NCBI RefSeq assembly: GCF_964194025.1
Contig: NC_134476.1
Coordinates: 23,808,001-23,872,000, forward strand
From: Convolutriloba macropyga
Taxonomy: Eukaryota
Length of the DNA: 64,000 nt
Direction of reading: 5' to 3'
This document shows positions 1-11,828 of this stretch, in pieces. Position 1 is the stretch's first letter; every line of letters begins with the position of its first letter. The position numbers and the translations under genes are program-made. The notes under the pieces are model-generated. The model was not told the DNA's origin, ran no database searches, and worked only from the letters and a program-made list of their open reading frames with translations.

Positions 1-59
1 TTTCAAGCGCCTGATCGAAGGCGAACCAATTAGATGTTGCGTTAAAATCCCTGTGAACC

Positions 60-607
60 GTCACTTGAATCACATTTTCCTTATGTTGAAGCGGTGCACA
101 GCTGCAAAAATTATGTATTATTCCTGTGTCAGTTGGTTTTTGATACCAATAACTGGTGATTTGGTTTTCGCTGCTCACATTTACGTTGATATCAAGAAAA
201 TCCACTTCCGTATTCACTTTTTCTACGGTAAATCGCAGGTTTGGTGTATTGAATTTGCTATTAAAACTCAAATTACTACCTCATAGTCGCTATGTTGAGA
301 TGCAGGAACTGCTACTCTTTTTATCACTCATAAATTCCAATTACATTCGAAAAAGCATGCGACGACAGAACAAGACAATATAACGGAGAATAAACTATAA
401 CAAAACCGGCTGATAAAGTTCGACGAAAACCACTTCCATCGAACAAAACTTTGTAGTTTTTGGACTTGATGGAGTGAAATGAACAAAAGGACAATTAGAG
501 ATAGGTATTGGAGTGTCTTTGCCAACAAATACAACTACGATTATAAATCAATGTGGCGAATCATTTGCAAGTGCCCAAACTGCAATAGCTGGAAGAAATT
601 AGAATAA
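60..607 (+). mobile_element. Decayed 3' end of a non-LTR (LINE) retrotransposon ORF2
   Basis: Broken frames give KLKLLPHSRYVEMQELLLFLSLINSNY and DRYWSVFANKYNYDYKSMWRIICKCPNCNS. These parallel the C-terminus of the LINE at 3330-3700 (VKLLPLSHYFELH...KLYWNYFRKDY...INCSCGNCN). Confidence 0.55.
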
Positions 608-862
608 ACCTTCTGTCCACTAGCAATCTAAAAACTCTATAAACTTGATGAGCCATGTTCAGATTGATTGTCACCCCCCTTGAGGCGATACCTCAAAAGC
701 CTTGACTACTGCTACTACTATAAACTTCGCGCAGCCTTAATTTTTCATTAATTTGAGAGCATAGGATTACCCCTCAACGGAGAAAATTGAGGCTCTTTCT
801 CATGGCGTTGATCTACTAAGAGATTTTAATTGATACTTATTAGTTCTAGATCAGAATTGTGA

Positions 863-1987
863 ATGGAAAACGAACCCGTGCCTTCGTCCTCTGCGAAACT
901 TATTAAAGTTCCGCGGATGCCTCGACATATGCAACCTGTTGCTGGAGCTGCCAAAACGCTTAGCTCTTCAAATATTACGCCCGGGAAGCGTGACGACGCT
1001 ACACCGACCGTATTCCAAATCATACCTAGTCAAAATGTGATAACTGCGGCGAATCTTCTACCTTCCGGTACGCAGCAAATCCGTTCAAATTCATTTCAAG
1101 CCACCTCTAGTGAGCAAACATCAAGTGCAACCTTAAGTCAACGCTCGAATTCAAGTACAGTCACTGCCTTGCCTTTAGCTTATCAACGAAATAAGGAAAT
1201 TGCTTCTCATGGCTTGCAAAAAATGATTGTAACCCAAAATACAAGGCCAGAGTCAAAAGACACCCCACCTGAGCATTCTCAAAGTAAATATCAATACACT
1301 TCTGCGTCAAAACAGCTGTGGGAAAGTATTGGAGGAAAGAAAAAATCTTGTAGCTGCGCTCGTTCTCTTTGTCTTAAACTTTATTGTGAATGTTTTGCGA
1401 ACGGAGAGTTTTGCTTTTCTTGTAATTGTACAAATTGTTATAACACGCTAGAAAATGATTTTGAAAGAAATGAAGCCATCAGAGCGATTTTGAACCGAAA
1501 TCCGAATGCATTCCACCCAAAAGTTGGGAAAGTAACTTTCAGCGAGGAAAAATCTCATTACAAGGGCTGCAATTGCAAGAAAACAAATTGCATAAAGAAT
1601 TATTGCGAATGTTATGAAGCTAAAATTTTGTGTACAAATTTATGCAAATGTGTTGATTGTTTCAATTGCCAAGAGCGAGCCGGTTTGAGATCGGTTGGTG
1701 ATGTTACTGCTTTGCGTATTCTCAAGGAAGGAACAATACGCGACATGGCTTTTTATCGCAGTGATTTTTTCGACAAATTACCTTTCACGTTGATGACACA
1801 AGAAGTTATTGAGGCTATTGTGCAATGTTTAATAGCCCAAGCAGAGTCATCTGCAACGGCAGCAATGTCACAGGAAGAAACAGAGCGTCTTTTGATGCAA
1901 GAGTTCGGACAATGCACAAATCAGATTATCGAAAACGCGCCATCATTTAAGCCCACTAGTTCTCTTTCAGGAACTTCGAGAAACTAA
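863..1987 (+). CDS. lin-54: LIN-54/tesmin/TSO1-like CRC-domain protein (MuvB/DREAM DNA-binding subunit family), 374 aa, intronless CDS
   Basis: CXC1 CSCARSLCLKLYCECFANGEFCFSCNCTNCYN, hinge RNPNAFHPK, CXC2 GCNCKKTNCIKNYCECYEAKILCTNLCKCVDCFN, and C-terminal block TQEVIEAIVQCLIAQAE...ERLLMQEFGQCTNQII typical of LIN54. Confidence 0.9.
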   Translation: MENEPVPSSSAKLIKVPRMPRHMQPVAGAAKTLSSSNITPGKRDDATPTVFQIIPSQNVITAANLLPSGTQQIRSNSFQATSSEQTSSATLSQRSNSSTVTALPLAYQRNKEIASHGLQKMIVTQNTRPESKDTPPEHSQSKYQYTSASKQLWESIGGKKKSCSCARSLCLKLYCECFANGEFCFSCNCTNCYNTLENDFERNEAIRAILNRNPNAFHPKVGKVTFSEEKSHYKGCNCKKTNCIKNYCECYEAKILCTNLCKCVDCFNCQERAGLRSVGDVTALRILKEGTIRDMAFYRSDFFDKLPFTLMTQEVIEAIVQCLIAQAESSATAAMSQEETERLLMQEFGQCTNQIIENAPSFKPTSSLSGTSRN

Positions 1988-2389
1988 TTGTAGATAGTTT
2001 TTATTTGAACTATTTTGTTTAAAGTATTTGGAAGTTTTGAATTTGATTTTTGAAATATATAGACCAAGAGGATTATTCTTAATTTTTTGGAGCCACCAAA
2101 TTGGGGTATATTCTATGCGAGATCACATTTAGTGTGCTTTTGTGCAAGATTTAGTTGTTGCCTTGATCGGAGGACGTTTGAGACAAAAATTTGAGTATCG
2201 GGTTGACATTGTAGGAACCTTTGATTATCGGAAGGAGGAGCACATTGTGTTAATCAACATACAAACGGTGATGAACCTTGACAAACTGTTGGAAACAGTT
2301 TGACATGACAAATTAAGTAACCTGCCCCCTTTTTTGGAATCATTCAATCACTAATGCTGATTTTCAAAACAGCCTTGAATAAAAGATAC

Positions 2390-3700
2390 ATTCATCATAT
2401 TGGAAAATCAGCGAGGTGATACCTATTTTCAAGGACAAAAACAGAGCAGTGATTGAGCAATACCGTCCTATAAGTTTGCTCTGCAACGTGTCAAAATTCC
2501 TTGAAAAACTCATCTTTGACGAACTTGAAAACCAAAATGGATGAATCACATAATGGGTTCCGAAGACATAGGTCTGTTATAACACAGCTTCTACTGTTTT
2601 TAGACCTATTGTATAATGAAATAGCTGAATGAACAAACTATTTATATTATATCTTGATTTTAAAAAAGCTTCTGATAGCTTGCCTCATGATTTGCTGCTT
2701 TAAAAAAAGATGTAGGCGTTGGTGTAGATTTCTTGAAAATAATTGCAGGTTCTTTATCAGATCGAAACAGTATATCAAAGTGAAGGGTAGTGTTTCTGAG
2801 ACCGTGCCTGTAACAAGTGGTGTCCCTCAAGTCTCACTGCTTGGACCTCTGCTATTTATTATCTACGTCAATGATTTACACAAATAAGTGAAGGAGTGCA
2901 AAGCATTCGGCTATGCAGATAATTTTAAACTGGTATCTTCTAAACCAGACTCAATTCAAAAAAGACTTGTTAAGCATTGAAAAATGGTCAAAAAAACGAA
3001 ATGAATTTCAATGGAAAAAAACGTCATATACTCTTAGTCAAAACTTAGCAGCATAAGGAGCTAACTATGCGTTCTAGGCGTAATCATGACCGCAAAGTTG
3101 TCGTGGAAATAGAATGCTCACGAAAGATGTACGTGGAAAGCCTTTTACTTCGTCAAGAGAATAGTGTCATCTTTCGCGGGCAAAATGACTAAACTAAATG
3201 CGTACGTTGGATATGTGATACCTGTCATAAGCTTTGCCTCACCTATATTGTTCGCAAATTAAACCAAATCAATGAACGCGTTCAAAGGAAAGCTACATCA
3301 TGAATACGATGCAAAAGTTCCAAAAGCTACAAAGAACGGTTAAACTGCTTCCACTGTCACACTACTTTGAATTGCATGGCTCATTGATGCCATGCACAAA
3401 TGGTTATTACAACATCAAAATTCCAATTAAATTAAACGAAAAAGTTGAAGATCACTCAAGTACAATACAAAACGAGCAAATCATGATACCCAAAAACCAG
3501 ACCCAAGAAAGCCGAGGAAAATTTTTGAACAAGAGCCAGTTAGTTTTTATAATACTGAAAGTAGGAAAAGTAAACCGCGAACAATTAGACAAAAAATTTC
3601 TGACAAAATTATACTGGAATTACTTTCGCAAAGACTATTCGGAGGTCAATCTGTGTTCCTGTTGATCAATTGCAGCTGTGGAAATTGCAATCCAATGCCG
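2390..3700 (+). mobile_element. Decayed LINE (CR1/L2/Jockey-like) ORF2: reverse transcriptase and C-terminus, multiple stops and frameshifts
   Basis: RT motifs in broken frames: WKISEVIPIFK, YRPISLLCNVSKFLEKLI, HNGFRRHRS, YLDFKKA, VTSGVPQVSLLGPLLFIIYVNDL, FGYADNFKL, LGVIMTAKLSW. Confidence 0.9.
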
Positions 3701-4982
3701 AAAGTCAGCTCAGCCGTAAATGAAGGGTGAAAAAAACCCCAGCGAAAAACTCACTAAAGCCTAAGCCCTCTCTCCTATTCGATCTACGCTAGAATTCATT
3801 GGTACTTATAGTTTCAGCACGCAGCTAATAAACATTACGGGTAACTGTGAGCAAATATCTACATGTATTTTAAATTGCTCTTAAATAAAGCTTGAAGAAA
3901 TTATTATAAACGTGGTGGTCTTTTAATGCAAATTTTTACCTGACTGTTTTGACGTTTCGAGTGACTTTTGCGCGCTTGACTTTGTCGTTTTGCTTGATCT
4001 AAATTTCTCTCAAGTGGCGGCAGATCTCTATTAGAAGTTAAATGAAAAGTGAGACGAAAACTGTTTATTTTTTTATTCAATTTTTGTTAGTGGTATACAA
4101 TAGCCTCTAATGACGTCATTTGATTTAATAACACTCCACCACCCATGCCGACTGAAGCAGGCTGCAATAGATTCGGGCTGACTTTAGTCGTTCGAGATGA
4201 GGTCTTCCGACGTTTGTAGGCTATGTTATATATTGAAAATTTAAGCTCAGTTTTTTAAGCAAGTTATTTAAAGAAAGTTTGGCAACTTTTTGCATCAATG
4301 GTGGAAGATTTGCTCTCAAATGGTAGGCGAGGGTTTGGCTGTGGTTGTAGCCAGCTTAAGCTTAAGAAGGCCTTCAACACTTGGTAAGAGAAAGGTCAAA
4401 CTTACGCCCTTCAAACCTATTCAGCGGTTGATAGTTCCCCGCTCGCTGGTGATGGTCCAAAATAGAAGAGCCCAGACAAAATTATAATTACGAATGAGTT
4501 CTCTTGCAAAGCGGTTTACAGACTTCAAAATGTGGTAGAAGGTACTCGCATTTGGCTTTCTGCCAATTTTCTACTTTTGCGAAGTTCGGTCCCAGCTTGA
4601 TGCTTCAACGCTTGTTTATTTAATACAATTTGCCACTTCTGGTACATCGATAGTCAAAGCTTGCTACCACGTCAACCAGCATTTTAAGTTTATTCCTCCA
4701 AGCACAAGGCAAGCAGAAGGAAACCAATTTCGTAGAGGTGATCAGGGCAAAACCACCGAGGCGATCGAGTGAACTACTCGATATAATGAAAAGACAAACA
4801 AAACTCGAGATTGAACTCTTAAATAAAGCTCGCTTGTTTCCTATACCCTGGAAGTTCTCGATGAGAACACTCAGAACTAAATTAGTGCCCATGGAATTAA
4901 CTATATTAGCAGAATTTGCATCCAATTTCTTTGCTAAAAATTGTTATTGACTCTTTGACAATTTCTCTAATAATAATAATTA

Positions 4983-7645
4983 TTATTGTTCCGACCCCTC
5001 TTGAGGGGGGGGGGAGGAACTATATACTCAACTGGGTTTTTTTTTTTTTGTTCAGTCAATTTTGGCCGATCGATATATTCATCGTAGAGAAATGAGACTG
5101 GTATCATTAGAAAGCTTGTCCAGCGTAGAATGTGGAATTAAAAAGATTTTTTTGATTTTCGTTTTTGACAGGGAGATATCGGGGTTTAAACTTTCGAGAA
5201 AATAGAGTGAATTCCGTTGATTTCATTCACCTTTTTTCGGCATTTTTGACTAAAATTTCGCCAATTTTGATAAAATTTAATAAAATTTTTCAAGAAAATG
5301 TTGTTGATTTTATGTTTAAAGACAAAATACATTGTCGGCTATTTTCATTGAATTTTTTGTCACAAATTCCGGCTAAAAATTTCACAAAATTCAGACTTTT
5401 TCATCAAAAACAGCACGAAATAAGTTTCTTTAGTCCCTTCTGATTAAATTTGCAGGAAGAGCACATCCAAACACCACAAACACAATCTTTGTAGAATTAA
5501 AAGGGGGCTATTTCCACTTTAACTTCCGTTGAGGGTGCTCTGTAAATAAAACTTTGCCGTTTTTTGCTAACTTTATTCGTTGATTATCAAAAACGCAGCA
5601 TTTACTTATGATTTTTAACAAACAAAATATCTATATCAATGACATTCCAACAATTAAACACTCTTGATGCACAATCAACATTAGCTGATTCTGTACCAAT
5701 CTTGGACCGTTACTATCCAAAAATAATTCGGATTGTCATCAGTCGGTTTTTTATTTAAAAAAATTCGATCATTTTATACTAATTAAATAGCAGAACATTT
5801 CAAATCAAAGCTCACTAGTGATTGGTCTTATTGGCTTCCTAAATAGCTTGCAATTAGTTTATCTAGTTGATTGCTTAAAAGCTTATGGTCGTTTTGACTT
5901 TTTAAAATATTTGATTTTTAAATATAAAATAGCTTATTAAACTTTGCCTCCTTTTTTCTCTTATTTTGGTCAACTTGTAGCTTATGGTCAGCAATCAAAG
6001 AGTGCTTTTTCTTTCTGCTGAAATAAAATTTAGTCTTTATTCCGGTTTTACGCCTTAAGGTATTGTGTTCTGGCTTTAATACTACTAGATTTAACAATTT
6101 TTTTTTTTTCTTAGGGCATTTGGCCATTTTTCAAGTTTTCAAATTTTGTCAAATTATCACGTTTTTGTTTATCCATATATCACATTTTTCTTGTTCAAAA
6201 TAACTCAAAATTGATACTATTTAAATTCTTAAAGATATAGATTGTGGTTCTTTACCGCTTCGACAATACTTTCTCGAAGAATTTAATTGAAATTTTTAAA
6301 TTTGTCTTTAACTGTCGTTTTACTTTGTTTTTTAGTCGTATTTATTTTCCTGTACAATGACCGATTTGATTGGCTTTTCCTGAAAGAGTAGATGAGCCGA
6401 TGTTCTGATATTAGAAGATAGATAATGGCTTTCATGACTTTGAAAACAATTGTTTTCCAAAATGAAAAAAAAATTTATTTCAACTTCGCAATTTTGTTCC
6501 TTTTATTGTCTGTTTGTTACCTGGTCTCGTTAATTAAAGGTCAAAGATGACATTGTTTTTGTCAGGGGAAGGTGTCAAAGCGATTGTTGTCACAAAATCT
6601 AATGTTTCTAAAGAATTCGTTCTGATTTTACCGGCTTCGACACGGGTTTTTCACAAAAAAAAGTAAACTATTAATTGGTTTTTGTCATATTTGGCGTTCT
6701 TTTTGTAGACTTAAGACAAATTCTGGATAATTGCAGATCTCAAGGGCTTCCTTTGGAAGAATGGATGAACCTATTCAAAGTTTTCATTTTGTAATTTATG
6801 GCTTTCATGTTTTTGGAAATAAATTTTTTTTGAAAAAAAAACAAGTATTACATAAGTTTGCATTCTTTTTTTCCTTTTTGTCTAATTGTTGCTTATTTTA
6901 ATTAATGAGCGGCCACATAATACATTATCGGTGTTTGACGAAGGTGCAATCGAACATACTTTGGGGGCAAAAGTATGGCTTTATGGCTTCCAAAGCATTT
7001 TCTGACAAGTTTTAATTGATTTTTATTTTGTTGTCTATTTGCTGTTTTTTTTTTTGTAATTGCATAAAAAATTGAATACCAAGAGTACTTAATTCCCTTC
7101 TATAGAAGTATTGGTAACTCTAAACCTATGGGAAATTTTAGTTGATTCCTGATGGTTTTCATTACTTTGAAATTAGTTGTTTTTTCTAAAAATTCAGCGA
7201 ATTTTCTAACTTTAAAGTTTCTGTTCTTTATTGTCAAATTGTTACCAAGCTTTATTATGAACTGGTGAATAACCATTTTTTTTCTGGTGAATTACAATTT
7301 ATTTCGTTTATTTTCAGTGTTATCTGACGCTGTTTTGACTTTTTTATTAAGTTTTATTTTTTAAAACGGACATAAATTTTTTGATGTAATTAATGTTTGT
7401 TGTTGTTGTTTGATTTTGCCGTTCGTGTTCGCTCGCTTTCTTAATATCGGCATATCTCATCAATCTAATGCATCACTTTTTACTTCACTGACTTATTTGC
7501 TTTGGAGGCTATCTTTTCGTTCATACACCAATTTTTTTTTTGAAAAATACTTGAACTTTTTGTGTTTTTCTATCTGTTCCTCGTTTGGTAGACAATTATG
7601 CCAAAATTGTGGATGAGCGGGGTCGGAACCTTATGTGCGATCGCA
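4983..7645 (+). mobile_element. HINE/DINE-1-like non-autonomous rolling-circle element, family 1, copy a (3' tip lost in gap)
   Basis: 5' TTGTTCCGACCCC plus hairpin CCCCTC-TT-GAGGGG. 3' GGGGTCGGAAC plus palindrome TGTGCGATCGCA. Collinear with copies at 26406-29043 and 54843-57478. Confidence 0.75.
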
Positions 7646-7803
7646 NNNNNNNNNNNNNNNNNNNNNNNNNNNNNNNNNNNNNNNNNNNNNNNNNNNNNNN
7701 NNNNNNNNNNNNNNNNNNNNNNNNNNNNNNNNNNNNNNNNNNNNNNNNNNNNNNNNNNNNNNNNNNNNNNNNNNNNNNNNNNNNNNNNNNNNNNNNNNNN
7801 NNN
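7646..7803. other. Assembly gap (158 N)
   Basis: Run of N, beginning inside the 3' palindrome of the family-1 element. Confidence 1.
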
Positions 7804-8717
7804 TTTTAAAACTCATTTCGGATTAAAACTGATCATACTTTGCTCGTACGTGGTTTATTTCCACATAGTTGTAACTGTTTGCAGAATAGAATGTTTGATC
7901 TTGGGGGCTCTTTAATTTTGGCGCAGCATATCCGCAAAGTAATCAATAGGAACCCGAGTAACCAGAAAGCCATAGAAATTAGCTTGAAATGAATTTTTAA
8001 TAATGAAAAAAGTTGACTTCCATGAGTTTTGAAAATATACCTGCTGCCATAAATTAGTAGATATAATTAATTGATGCTTTTGCTGTATTGATTTTTTCTT
8101 GCAATGTACACCCAATATCTCCATACTTAGAAGTGATCTATTTTCGCTGATATTTGAAGCAAGTTTGGTCATAGTTGTCTGCGTTCATCAACAAGAAGTG
8201 TCATTGTTCTCAGGGTGTTTGGTCTAGTGGTTTGGTCATAGTTGTCTGGGTTCATTTTTTTTCTCAGGGTTCATGTAGTCTCCAGTTTAGTCAAATTTTT
8301 GCCTCCAACAACAAGCCTTTTTCTGAAGTACGAAAACACACGTCGCCAAAAACAGTTTCTGAACTTAAATTATTTATGCACCCGCTATTTTCCTTATATT
8401 AATTATGAGGCATGCAAATTGAAATCTTGTTTTCCTTAAATTAATTGATGTTCCAGTGGGGAGCTTTTGATTCAGACCCATAGTCACAATGCCAATGTTT
8501 CGGGGACTTTTTAATAAACTTAATTGATGTTCTCGATAGCATTCGAGTAATCAATTTGTGCTCTAACAGTCGTCTAGCTCCATGTATAAGTTCTAGAAAA
8601 TAGCAAATAAGATACATTCTGCTCTCAATCCAAAATTGCCTTGGGCATGTTTAAAATCGTCTTTACTTAACATTTAAAATGAGTTTTGCCGGTTTTGCTT
8701 TTCTTCAATGAATTTTT

Positions 8718-8845
8718 GGGTCTTTCCCATTATAGCCCCCCCCCCCCCCCCCCCCCCCATTATGGTATATTTACCATGATTGGGGGGGCTATAGGTTATC
8801 TGACCACTAAGCTGGGGGGGGGGGGGGCTATAATGGGAAAGACCG
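8718..8845. mobile_element. 128-bp MITE with TIRs and 8-bp TSD
   Basis: TIR GGTCTTTCCCATTATAGCCCCC.../...GGGGGCTATAATGGGAAAGACC, flanked by direct repeat GAATTTTT (8710-8717 and 8846-8853). Confidence 0.8.
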
Positions 8846-10549
8846 GAATTTTTTGTGCTTTTGTTATCCATCTCTTCAAACTTTGAGTAGGCCAGTTTTT
8901 CCCTATATTTCCCCGCGGATTGGTGTACTACAACATATTTCTCCGTCAATTACCGTAATTAAGGTTACATAAAGTGCGGACATTTTGAGAAAGACTTATT
9001 TTTCAGATTGTTAGCCGAATGAATGAGGTGAAGCTTCCAAAAAATTAAAACGCGGCGAACGTTTGGCCTGAGATGTCAATTTTGATTCCTGGTCTCTGTT
9101 TGTTGCTAATATTTTTATTGTTCCTGCTCTCAGATTACAAATGATTTTGGCAAGTACCGCAAAACGAGCGCCTTAAGTTTTTCTTAGCAGATGAGGTTCA
9201 ATGCCACAACTAGTCAGGATTTCCCGAGCAACGTTCTCAGGAAAGTTTTTTCGGTAGTTAGTTGAAGCTTCGCTTGCTTTAGGTGTGACTTTGATGCAAT
9301 CGCTTGATATTGTGATGAGATGATGTTAGTGCCCTTCGGAAACTACTAAAACTACTACCAAACTTAGTTTTTCTGATATTGAAGCAGCATACTTAGCAAA
9401 CATTCGTTTTTGTCCCCATTGAGGGGTATGTTAGTGGAACCAGCCCCAGCAACATGCCCATATGGTATCAATTTTTCAGAACTTTCTCAAACTTTTAAGA
9501 TTTTTTCAATTTGTTTTTCTTTGTGCAGAGAGTTTTGTTCCCTTCACTATTTAACTAATGAAATTTTAAAGTCAAAAACAAATTGAAAGGTTGACTTTTC
9601 TGAAAGTACTCACAACTTTTATCCATTAACTCAACTTTTATCCATTAAGGACACAGTTAGAAGCTACAGATCCATAAACAAAGGTTTTGAAAGTAAATAA
9701 TTTTGAAATAAAAAACAGCTAGCTTTAGTGTCAGACAACTTTGTTATGAACGAGGTACATAAACTGATCTTTTTTGAGAAAACGTCAAAAATAATTTTTC
9801 ACCTCAGTCGTTTTCAAAAAACATGGACTTCCTCAAAGTTTTGAAATTCTCATCTCAAACTAATCGCCAGCGCTCAAGTGTTATTTATTGGAAATTTTGG
9901 CTCATCTTAAACCCCGAAAAAAGTTTTAAAAATACCCAAGATTTTTTGCTTTAGAAAAAATTCAGTCGCAGGCAGATATTGGGCAAATCGGATTTGTAGT
10001 TTTCTTGATACCCAAAGTTTAGAACAAATTCTGTATATAGATCACCATGGCTTCTGCCCAAGCTCAGCGGTTTATTGTTCGATTTAATGTGCTGCTACAA
10101 ATGAAAAATCGGAAATGCGTTGCCGATTATATTCATAAAGGTAGATGTAGGTCTGTTGCACACTGACAGTATGTTCCGCTTCTGTTTTTGATGATTTAAA
10201 TACCAATTGTTCTTGAAATTATTAGTTAATTTTTGAATCTTCCTTTATTTAGTGTTCCTTTATTGTTTTCTCGCCGAATGAAATTAATAATAGATATTTT
10301 TGAATCTAAAGCTATGTGGTATCATGCAGTTTTATTTTCGTATGTAGTTATTTGTTATCATGCTTTGAGGCCACTTATTTTCGACGAATTTTCGACGAAT
10401 TCTAAGGAGGATGCTTAGTATCAATAGTCATGTAAAGAGTTTTTATTATTGATGATTTTTTCAATACTAGTTTTGGGAAAATAAATGTTTTGAATTGGTT
10501 TAATTTTGACTGAGAAGGTTTGATGTTGCTGGAAAATTTCTTCGCATTA

Positions 10550-11326
10550 TAATTCAGCACTTTCCCTGCTATGTTTTTACAATTTTTTTGAGGAGCTCTT
10601 CTCTTTTATTGAGGCGCGCTCTTTAAGGCACATTTATTTTTTGAAGTCAAATAGGAGCGGTGCTTTTGGTCACGTTGAAACAGGAGACAGGGAAGAAAGA
10701 GAAATCTTTTGCTGCATGAGTTTTCACTCTAGTTTTAAATTGAGTGGAAAACGGCGGTGGAACAAAAATTTGCCTTTATGTTGATGTTTTTTTGCTTACA
10801 TAATGGAATTATATTGTAATTTTACTTGGTAGGATTTACTTGGTAGGAGTTTTTGGTAGGATTTTTAAATGTTTTCGCGAGCCCATTTCTAGGTCTTGTT
10901 TTTTGGAAACCTTATGAAAATTCTTCGAGTTGTAGGCCAGGAATTGTCCTGTTTTTTCATTTGGTCGTGATTTTGTTATTTTTATGCATTTTCGATAGAT
11001 TCTCATTCATAGAGAAGCAAGTTTTGTTGTTCATTCGCTTGATTACTTTTTTAACACACTTGACTCAGCTCTCTCAAAAATGACTTCCCTCGCCCTTAAA
11101 GAGACGTTTGCTCACATAAATTGTAGGTGATAGGTTCAACTGGGTGTTTGTAGCTCTTATTGGTGGTTATTTGAGGGCAGATAAAAGAAACAGCAATATA
11201 ATGCAGATTCTTAACGTATAATATCTCAACAATTTTAGATCTTTTTCGATCTTTTCTTTAATTATCTTTTTGAGACTTGCGATCTACGAAGCTATCTGAA
11301 TTATTTTATAGGAATCTGCCAGCTGT
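10550..11326 (+). mobile_element. Degenerate HINE-like element, family 2B
   Basis: Shares internal blocks (TTTTGGTCACGTTGAAACAGG, CTCTCAAAAATGACTTCC, GATCTACGAAGCTA) and the 3' AATCTGCCAGCT with 14432-15158. Confidence 0.55.
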
Positions 11327-11679
11327 TTTCGCAGTTAAAAGTAGGAGCTTTTTTCGATTAAACAAATTGAAGTTTCAATTTGTGTAGGGTTTTTGGTTTT
11401 ATTCAGAAGCCGAATAGAATCTCTTGTTCGGCCTTTGGTAACTATTGCGGCTGAAGGAATCAATCAATATTTTATAATGCAGTCTTAGGGCTATCCTTTA
11501 AATTAATAAAAACTATGGCGCAGAAAAATTCTTATGATTTTCATTATTTGATTCCTTGCACCGTTTGGGCCACCCACCAGGATTTGAATTTATTGCCTTT
11601 AGGCCTCAGCAATCAAAAGTATTATAAACGGGCGTGGGGAAAACATTATTGATGCAAAAACTAATTCTTCAGAGTGGTA

Positions 11680-11828
11680 ATGGCGTCGGCAGGTGGTGGT
11701 GGTGTTGTGGCAGATGGCAAGATTAGTAGGCAGTATGAGTACCTAGTCACTGAGCTTGAATCATCCGATTCCTCTATCGCATCCACAATTCGTGAAGTGT
11801 TCGAGAGTGAAAAACCTGAAGATCACAG
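11680..11828 (+). CDS. EXOC6: Sec15/EXOC6 exon 1
   Basis: MASAGGGG...YEYLVTELESSDSSIASTIREVFE; donor AG|GTATAA. Confidence 0.8.

Noticed and set aside
1-58. Minus-strand exon (acceptor CACAG, DFNATSNWFAFDQALE)
   Set aside because: Too short to support, and it abuts a plus-strand LINE remnant.
7585-7915. ORFs containing X runs
   Set aside because: Artefacts of the N gap.
7900-8660. Possible decayed LINE or coding sequence on the minus strand
   Set aside because: No convincing motif could be read.
8674-8949. Poly-Pro and poly-Gly ORFs on both strands
   Set aside because: Translations of the MITE's C and G homopolymers.
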